Origin: Octopus vulgaris
Taxonomy: Eukaryota
Length of the DNA: 64,000 nt
NCBI GenBank assembly: GCA_951406725.2
Contig: OX597825.1
Coordinates: 12,152,001 to 12,216,000 of the forward strand
Reading direction: 5' to 3'
Shown: piece by piece, positions 54,734-64,000 of the stretch
How positions within the stretch are numbered: position 1 is the stretch's first letter
Layout: the number at the start of each line of letters is the position of its first letter
Position numbers and translations under genes: made by a program
Notes under the pieces: generated by a model
The model's database searches: none
Told to the model about the DNA's origin: nothing
The model's input: only the letters and a program-made list of their open reading frames with translations

Positions 54734-55284
54734 CTTTTAGCGTTGAATTTCTTCTGGAACCTGAAGGAGATGAGTTTTAGTTTCTGTTATTAAAGTCACC
54801 AGATGTGTAGCTGTTTATCATATATTTTTCTGCGATTCAAAGTTGCCACATCCCAGAAATAGCAGTTAAAATGCCCAGAAGAAATCATTGTTTATTTATT
54901 AAATCATAACGCATTTTACAAATCAATTATGGACGCACTAACAAATGGCAGAAATGTCACGTAGGCAAAAAAAAAAAAAAGGATTTAATATGACTGCACA
55001 ATGTTTACAAAATGAAAGTTCTATGTATATTCTTTGTTTTCTTTAAACTATTAATCATTTCTACTATATCGGAAAGAATGAAGTCTCGAAAGGAAAAAAT
55101 GTTTTTTCGGAAGTGGAAGGTACTAAGAATGGTCAGTCTAACCAACCACAAACATGAGTACATAAGCACACGAGCAATAGCAAGAATTATCAATCGATAA
55201 TATCGCAAAATGTGATGTCCGCTCGAATAACATATCCCCCCAAAAACATATTTTCGAAGAAATGTTTTGCAAACAGGCCCATAT

Positions 55285-56012
55285 GTGAGGTCATCCCATA
55301 AGTTCTGTCCGATTTTAACTTTTGTAACTTGAATGATATCTAATAGTATTTTAGAAAGTCTAATGGAATTAAAAATTATTTTTATGCATTTCTGTGCATT
55401 TAAACTAATTAAATATTATTTTAGAGAATAATAGAATTAAAATCCTTTCTAACATAGAAGAATCCAAAGTGCATTTGATGTACATAATGATTTATGAGTA
55501 CAATAAATGAAACTCTGCGCTGAAGCTACTTGAAACATACACTCAGTTTATGGGAAAGAATGCTTGAATGAAAGAACTTGCAGAAGATGGTTTGCAAAAT
55601 CAGAAGTGGAGATTTCAGCCTTGAAGATGAAGATCGAAAAGGACATCCAGTTGAGTTTGATAATAAGCTCCTTGAGGCATTATTGGAAGAAAATCCTGCA
55701 TTATCAGTTGAACAAATGGCAATAAAGCTTAGTTCAAACCATACAACTGTTCATCGTCATCTTCAACAAATTGCAAAGATTCCTAAACTTGGAAAATGAG
55801 TGCCTCATGAATTGTTCGAAAGCAACCGCAAATCACGAGTTGACACCTGCTATTCTCTCCATTCTTGCGAACTCATTTCACCCTTTTTAGATTGACTTGT
55901 GACTGGTGACGAAAAATGGATCTTCTGTCGAAATGTTCAACGTCGTAAACGGTAGCTTGGTAAAAGGGAAAAGGCTCAACCACAACCGAAAATGGAACTT
56001 CATGGAAAAACG
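55285..56012 (+). pseudogene. Mariner transposon 5' half (left TIR plus degenerate transposase)
   Basis: SGDFSLEDEDRKGHPVEFD...TTVHRHLQQI..KLGK*VPHEL...LVTGDEKWI (WVPHEL and TGDEKW motifs). Putative TIR GAGGTCATCCCATAAGTTCTGTCCG. Confidence 0.9.
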
Positions 56013-56411
56013 TTTGGATAAGGCTAAAAAAAAATGTTGATGAAACTTAGTTAGCGAACTGATTATAAATGTGAGCCAGATACATGTTGGCTGGTATAAT
56101 GTGCTTTTGATTAACTTTCCTTGTACAAGGCAAATGTTTCGTAGTATCTGCAGATGTGTATAAGAATCAAAATTTCTCTGGTAACTGGTGAACTCGACAA
56201 AATTAATCGAAAAACGTTAAGCTACCTAAGTCTGATACACACCCGTTTCTTGAAACTCCGTGATATTCACAATGTAATAAAATTAGAAATAGAAAGTAGG
56301 GATATGGAACAAATTGAAGGAAATCCAATATCTAATCTGAGCATCGGAACAAAAACGATCGCATGAGTAAAGCAAGTTGCTTCCAAATTATTTGCATTTG
56401 TTCACGCACAC

Positions 56412-56478
<67 letters not shown>

Positions 56479-56552
56479 TACACACACACACACACACACT
56501 CTCTCTCTGTCTGTATGTCTATCTCCCTCTTACACATACACATATATGTATG

Positions 56553-56601
<49 letters not shown>

Positions 56602-56667
56602 ACGCACATACGTACATATCTAATTATGTATGTACTCACACGCACACACAAACAAACACACACACAC

Positions 56668-56699
<32 letters not shown>

Positions 56700-57917
56700 G
56701 TGTGTGTGTGTATGCGTGTGTGTGTGTGTGTATGTGTGTGTGTATTTCTGTTTGTGTGTACTTAGATAATACTTTCTTGTCTGCTTAATAGAATAAAAGG
56801 ATGAATAGTCAAATAGTCACATAAGACAGATATCCGTTGAATAACAGATTAAGACGTACAGATATTAATTATATAAAAAAAAGATAAACACCCACCTTCG
56901 CAACAGAACGGAAATTAAAATACTAATGGATTTTCCTTGTTACGAATAACATCTTGTAATTGTTAACTCTTATGTAATCTGTAGTTAGAATACATCTTAT
57001 TTCTTACCTCGTTTCAGAAAGCCATTTAGGATTTCGTAGCATAAATTGGCATTTAATGTACATTTTGATAAGTAATACCACTTGTCCTATGTAGGCATCC
57101 GTATTCAACCAAATAGTTATAATAGGTTTAAGTTATACTGAGAAATGAGCTCAGTCGCCTGCTGACCATAGAACCAATTCTTCGTTATCTATCATCGATA
57201 TCTATGAAGCTTAATTATCTATCTATCTACCTGTTTCTGTCTATCTGTTTATTTCATTACTGCAAATTTAGTCGAAACATGAAGTAGATATTTTAATTCG
57301 TTGCAGGAAGAGCATTGCATAATTAGAGTGTATTTCCTCCGCTTAAATGTTTGAGTTACAATCAACAATAATTGTAGTGTAAAATAGAAAATACTACTAT
57401 ACAACACAGAAGGTTCATAAGTATCCAACATTTATATGTCATAGTTTTCTTGAAATTAATATGGATATTACTGAATGTAATTAGAAGTCAAGTGGGCTCG
57501 TGATTGAATACGAAATGCTTAGAAAAAAGGCGAGGATATAGCCCTGTGGCTTAATACATAGTTCCATGTATTAAGCAAAGGTATTCTACAATAACACTAG
57601 GTCAACCAAAGCTTTGATAATGGAACCAATACAAGGAAACAGTGTGGACTCCCTTGTATCTATGTGTGTGTGTATGAGTGTGTGTTTGTGTGTGTGTTCA
57701 ATTAAGATAAAAACATTTTTACTTTAATGCCCTGCTTCTCAGCCATTTTAGTCTATCTAATTCTTTGATTCCAGCTTTTACTCGGGTAGACACTCATAAA
57801 CAATTGATGTTTAAAAAACTGTATTATATGTTTATAATCAAATACTATTAAAAATTGCATAAGAAATTGGTAAAATATTTTGTGTATTGTAGAATTAAAA
57901 TAAAATAAATAAAAACT

Positions 57918-58208
57918 GGCATTTTGTCAGTTACGACGACAAGGGACCGAGCTGAAACGATCAACGGAGCAGCTTAATGGTGAAATTATCATGTCAATAA
58001 GCGGGCACTCCATATATAACTGTACCCATAACGGGGAGATTCAGTGTGAATCCGAATAAGACAAGATTGGCCCATTGAAATACAGGTACTTCTCAGTTTT
58101 GCTAGCAGAGTGGACTGGAGCAAGGCGAAATAATGCGTTTTGCTCAAGGACATTACGCACCGCCAGGAATCGACCTCACGACCTTACGATCGCCGGACAT
58201 TGGCCATA
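57918..58208 (-). mobile_element. Old SINE with family C-like head/core and family B-like tail
   Basis: Contains both GAGTGGACTGGAGCAA (C-like) and GTCAGTTACGACGAC...GATCAACGG (B-like tail). Confidence 0.65.
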
Positions 58209-58329
58209 TGGACCCTGGTTGAGAATAACTGCATTAATGTGATGGGTCCTCAGTACTTTTGTTGAGTACAAATTTATTAAACAAGAGTGATGTTGACAGT
58301 GAATTCGAAGTTTCGGCCAGCATGTGTTA

Positions 58330-58556
58330 GTTTGTATGCATGTGTGTTTGTGTATGAGTTTGTTTCTATATTTGTATCTGTGTTTGTTTCCCCACCATAA
58401 GCTGACGACCGTTGCTGGTTTGTTTTGGTCCCTGTAACTTAGCAGTTCGGCAAAAAAAGCCAATAGAATAAGTAGAAATTTTAAAGTAATGGTGTAGATC
58501 TCTTCGACTAAAACCGTGTCCCGGCCTGGCCGCTTTTCAATTACTGAAACAATTAA
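58330..58556 (+). mobile_element. Degenerate SINE family A 3' half
   Basis: CTTAGCAGTTCGGCAAAA...ATAGAATAAGTA...CTGAAACAA. A degenerate 5' half lies at ~58975-59120. Confidence 0.65.
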
Positions 58557-59119
58557 CAAGATCGCACATATACATCAAGCATGTCTGTTTCTTTACTTCG
58601 TTGTATAAACATAAATATTCGCCCCAAAGTGTGGCTTGTTTTGAAGTAGAAAGCTGATGTTTTCGTTGTTAAATATTCATATTTCCTTTGTCATAACGTT
58701 CAAAACAGACAGAAAAGAACGATATTGTTAGAATAACTAATGTAGCTTTCAAAAAATAATTATCTGGAATACATTTACCTGAGAGCTATATTGCTCGGGA
58801 ATATGTTTCTATTGATATATTACTGTGTGGAGATATAACTAAAATGCATAAATCTAAAATCGTCTAGTATACGAGTGGCTTACATAGTCGTGATACATTT
58901 TACGCATACTTCAGTCTACTTGCCAGAAATAGTAGCCAAATCTTCTTATCTCCTTCAAATATTATTAATAGTCACAGTCCTGAATGTGTGGTAAGACGTT
59001 GTTTCAGATCCACACAGATCTATGTTCTGATCTGCTACGTGGGGCCTTGCGCAGTGACTTCTGTTATAACCTCGGCTTGACCAAAACCTTGTGAGTGGAT
59101 TTGGTAGCCGGAAACTGAA

Positions 59120-59177
<58 letters not shown>

Positions 59178-59214
59178 GTGTGTGTGTGTGTATGTATGTT
59201 TGTATGTATGTATG

Positions 59215-59253
<39 letters not shown>

Positions 59254-59257
<4 letters not shown>

Positions 59258-59525
59258 TAATATGTAAAATCTGTTCTCTCTGTTCGTGCGCTTATAACTT
59301 GAGTATTGTTCATCCGATCGCGCTGATATTTTAAACATGGATACATGAGAGATCGGGGATTTTCAAAATTGACAGTTTCAAAGTGAGAATTACTATTTTT
59401 GTAATCTTTATGTCGTGTTTGTTCCGAATTAAAACAACCAGTTGCTCAGAGAGCTGGCACATGCCATTTCGCTAGCAACAAGGGGAGTTCAGGATGACGG
59501 TCAGCCGAAACCGTGGGTATGCTGT
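59254..59525 (+). mobile_element. Possible degenerate non-autonomous Helitron
   Basis: A|TCTTAATATGTAAAATCTG start resembles the start at 13860 (-). The 3' hairpin-like GCCGAAACCGTGGGTATGCTG lacks a clean CTAG. Confidence 0.3.
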
Positions 59526-59802
59526 CTCTCTTCTTTTCTCTCTCTGTGAGATTAATAAACTTAATTTTTAGTTACAGTTTCTCATTCAAACTACATAACA
59601 GGCAGAATTCCCACATTAAGACAGTAGTGTGTTTTGACAGTAGTGTGTTTTGATTGCTAGTTCTACCAGGTCTATCTACCATGTAGAGGTCTGCCTCATT
59701 GATATTATATATTCCTTATGCTTTCCAAAATCAAGTTACAGATTTTGACGTATGAGGTATCAAAATATTTAGTATTATTTTGGCTACAAATTAAACTTAA
59801 TT

Positions 59803-60025
59803 TTCACCACAAATTTCTCACACCCTTTCCTCCTGTTCCTGTTGTACCTGTATTTCAAAGGGCCAGCATTGTCACACTCTGTATCACGCTGAATCTCCCC
59901 GAGGACTACGTTAAGGGTGCATGTGTCTCTGGTGTGCTCGGCTACATGCACGGTAAATTCAGCTGCAGGGTGTTCCGTTGATCGGATCAACTGGAACTCT
60001 CATCGACGTAACCGATAGAGTGCCA

Positions 60026-60026
<1 letters not shown>
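59803..60026 (+). mobile_element. SINE family B 3' half
   Basis: Matches 12704-12925. Confidence 0.8.
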
Positions 60027-60071
<45 letters not shown>

Positions 60072-60513
60072 CTATACCAGGCTCGTGACGCCTAGGTAGG
60101 CAGGGGAGGCCTATGCCTGCCTTGAATGATATAGATCGATAGCAACATTTTCCTCTCATGGCAAAATATGCGCCTAATTCAATAAAATTATGAAGTCTAG
60201 TCTGTAATATATAATATCATATAATATAATATAATATAATATAATATAATAAATATGTATATGTGGTAGCTGTTAGCTCCTGGCAGAGCTGGAACGCTTC
60301 TTGTGTCTACTATTACTCTTTTATAATGTGTATACTTGAAAATCGTTTGAACTCTGAAAACGTCTGATCACATATACTTGAGAATAATCTGACTTCAACA
60401 TTGCTTCCACTTTCCAGTCCTTTATCATGAATGTTCAAGTGGCGCGCTTCAATCCTCTATGAGACATACACTTATACAAACACACATATATGCACACATA
60501 CTTAAATATAAGG

Positions 60514-60576
<63 letters not shown>

Positions 60577-60694
60577 CACACATATATTTATGCATGTATG
60601 TATGTACATTATGCATGTGTGTGTATGAATGGATGTATGGATATAAGCTTTTTTGCATCTATGTATGTATGTATGTATGTATGTATGTATGTAT

Positions 60695-61000
60695 GAAGGC
60701 GCGTGTTAGGGCATTCGGTTCGCGATCGTACGGTTGTGAGTTCGATTCTCGGCGGTGCCTTGTGTCGTTGAGCAAGACACTTCATTTCCTGTTGCTCCAG
60801 TCCACTCATTTGGTAAACGTGAGTAGTAACTGCATTTCAACTGACCAGCCTTGTCACACTCAATGCGACATACTGAGAAGTATGTGAAGAGGTTCGCGTG
60901 ACTGTGCAGTACTCAGCCACTTGGACGTTAATGTCACCAACAAGCTCTTCTGTTGACCGGGTCAACTGGAACCCTTGTCCCTGCAAGCGACGGGGTGCCA
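60695..61000 (+). mobile_element. SINE with C-like head/core and B-like tail
   Basis: GAGTTCGATTC box B, TTGAGCAAGACACTTCATTTC..TTGCTCCAGTCCACTCA, then CTCAGCCACTT..ACGTTAAT...CAACTGGAACCCT. Confidence 0.7.
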
Positions 61001-62564
61001 ATTTTATTTTTATGTATGTAAACTGAGTGCTTCTGCGCTGTTTAATTTTTTTCAGAGAGCATTGATCTGTCCGGGAATTATAGGTGAAAGTACTTGACTA
61101 TTGTACCGCGTTGTGGAAAGGAATCTTATACTACATAATTATAGACAGACCTTCTTAACTATCAAGCCTAAATAATCCATAATCTTCATCTAAATATACA
61201 ACCCTGCTTCACATTAAAATCCTTACGTATGTTCATTCGCGATAAAATATAGTTCAGGTATTCTGAAGAAATCCTATTGCCTGAAAGACGTTTGCTAATT
61301 GAAACGTAGAGCGTCTGACATTGACACGTGTATTGTTATTTAGAATGGTATAACAGGAACGTTATTCATTTAATTTATATTTCCATCAACTACTGTATTT
61401 TACAAAACTTTTTACAATAAATATTCAATTCCACTCATTGATAACAGATAGAAAGAGAAAAAATTATATTCCACTCACAGTTGCACACACACACACACAC
61501 ACGCACACATACACACATACAAACACACACACAATCATTTTAGTTCGTTATGACATGTGGTTTTTGCCTGATGGATATGTTTGAATTATTTCTCAACATA
61601 TGAAACTATAAGAAACCCTTAAAAACGCATTGTGTCCTTTATGCAAACAAACCTTTATATGCTGCCTAAAACATTAAGAAAAAATACTGAAAAATCTCAC
61701 AGAATACACTAACCATGTTACATCTCAAAATTGACATAGTCGTACTGCTATCAATAGAAGCAGCGTATACTACATAAATAGACTCCTGTTCGAGAGATTT
61801 CTGGGATTATTTCCTGTCTACAGCCATCAATCTTCGCAGGATTATGTTGAATAATAATTGCATGAATCAATTTTGTCTGGGCAATGATTATTTTTGTTGC
61901 TTTGTTTCACGGAATATATAAGAAAACATATTAAAATTTCAACGATAAAAAGCATCATACTATTTCTTCTTTGCACTGTATCTTTAATCCTGCCTAAATC
62001 ATTACGCTGCCAGACATACACCATTAAAAATCTTGGAGAATGTTTTCTTTTTTTCCTTCGTGAACTACCTTACTTATTATATAGATATTATTAAGACAAA
62101 GTGATTTTTCTTGCCTTAATGTGGCGACATCATGATTAAGATTATCACGCAGAAATATCAAATCAACAGTTCCTGGAGTTTGAAAATAATTATGTTGTAC
62201 GAAATTCAGCTTACAGCGCTTTTTAACTGATGTATATATGTTTATACATTAATTTCCAATTTTAGTGAAATGTCACATTTGTCTGAGAAAAGTATTAAAA
62301 TATTTTGATCTCCAAAATCTTATCATGTTTGATAACAATAATCCTTCTTTTTTAAAGTAAATATTTTCGCTCGAGTACGATTACTGATTCTGTCTACATT
62401 TAGCCATACTTGTAAATTAGTTTGCATTACATCATTATAGGCTGCTGGTTGGGAGACTTGCATTACGTCATTAAGGCGCAGGTTGGGAGACACACCAGAA
62501 AATTACTTAGCGGCATTTTGTCCTTCATTATGTTCTGAGATCAAATTCCTCCGAGATCATCTTT

Positions 62565-62786
62565 ACCTATTTCTTTACTATCCACAGAGGGGACAAACAA
62601 GGACAGACAAATGGCTTAAGTCGATTATATCGACCCCAGGGCGTAACTGGTACTTATTTAATCGACCCCGAAAGGATGAAAGGCAAAATCGACCTCGGCG
62701 GAATCTGTACTCAGAACGTAGCGGCAGACGAAATACGGCTACGCATTTCGCGCGGATTGCTAACGTTTCTGCTAGCTCGCCGCCTT
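62565..62786 (-). mobile_element. SINE family E, preceded by an inverted degenerate head (62474-62556)
   Basis: Matches 11255-11486. Confidence 0.85.
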
Positions 62787-63289
62787 CTTTACCATTCACC
62801 GAGATCCTCTTTACCATTCACCCATTCGGAATCTTTGAAATAAGTTGCAGTCATGTACAGCGGTCGATGTAGTCGACTAGCACCTTCAACGAAATTTCAT
62901 ACATTGTGCCTATAGTAGAAAACATATTATTACGGGAGGCTCTAATGCGGATTTGAAATACTTTTAAACCTAATCTCTCCGTATATAGACATATATCCAT
63001 CATTATCTAAACCCTGTTTCCCCCGCCTCTGTACATGCTGGATGTCAGTTGGTGTTATCCCTATATCATTTAGGAAATCCCGACACACACAGATCCCTCC
63101 ACGTCTCGTCGCTCAGTTCTACCCAATCTGTTATCCTCACAAGTAAGCAATATGCCCATTTATTATTCCGCAAATCTTTGGTTGCCTGCAATCACTTATC
63201 TGCTTATAACTTACCTACAGGCGCTGACCAGCAATACTGTGAGCGTAACGTGATAAGCGTCCCTTTCAAAAGACTCGCACGATACATAC

Positions 63290-63322
<33 letters not shown>

Positions 63323-63339
63323 TATATATACATACATAC

Positions 63340-63635
63340 AAAGAATGAATAAAGAGGCAATTTTCATCAATAAATATCTTCCCGAACTAAATATGAACAC
63401 ATAACATAATACAGAACACTACTAACCTTTCAATTAATACCACTAACCCCCATACATCCCTTACACCATTCACATTACAATTTCATATCTAACCTAATTG
63501 CACCAAATCCAGAACTACTTACCTCCATTACAAATAATCTTTTTACTCAGGAACTATTAAACCTGACACCGTTCATTAATCGGTGTCCATGCAAAGCAAT
63601 GAATAGTAACTTACGAAACCGCAGTATGGTTGAAT
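63340..63635 (+). pseudogene. Possible Penelope-like GIY-YIG extreme C-terminus plus 3' region
   Basis: RMNKEAIFINKYLPELN resembles the E..I....P.LN end of GIY-YIG domains. A downstream CGAAACCGCAGTA is HHR-like. Confidence 0.4.
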
Positions 63636-64000
63636 CTCTTGAATAATCTCACAATAATGACTTTTATTACTTTTATTCCCACCTCAGTTCATCTAATTGT
63701 ATATATCTTCCGTTACCTTTAATAAAAAGCCTTCCCTTTTTTGTATCTACAATGTGCATTTTCGGTGATTTTTCTTACTTTCCCCTTACATAACACACAC
63801 ATATATATATATGTATATATCTTCGTACGATGTCAATTCCTCCCTTTCAATCCCTCTCTTTCTATTCCTCTTTCCCTCTATTTTCCTATCTAGTCTCCCC
63901 TCTGTACGATTCTGTGCTGCTATCTGTTCCTGTCAGGACCTCAGGCTGCTTCTGTTTATTTCAGTTCGTTTCATTTTATTCGTATGGCCACTTTTCTACC

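Overview
AT-rich eukaryotic, repeat-dominated DNA that is intergenic or intronic. The microsatellite load and SINE families suggest an octopus or other coleoid cephalopod; this is an inference from recalled repeat families and was not checked. I see no intact host gene, apart from one possible terminal coding exon (673-1027). Nearly all listed ORFs are microsatellite artefacts. Recognisable elements are: a 5'-truncated Penelope-like element (RT C-terminus plus GIY-YIG, CxCx5C linker) with an inverted terminal repeat; an R4/Dong-like RLE retrotransposon in (TAA)n; RTE and CR1-like LINE 3' ends; two mariner fragments; a non-autonomous Helitron; and four or five SINE families. The most striking theme is a series of fold-back (inverted-repeat) elements from several families carrying minimal type-I hammerhead ribozyme (HHR) motifs on opposite arms. 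These include a CCGANGA core variant in two families and a palindromic element joining a tRNA-like module to an HHR. All coordinates were read by eye and may be off by a few bases.
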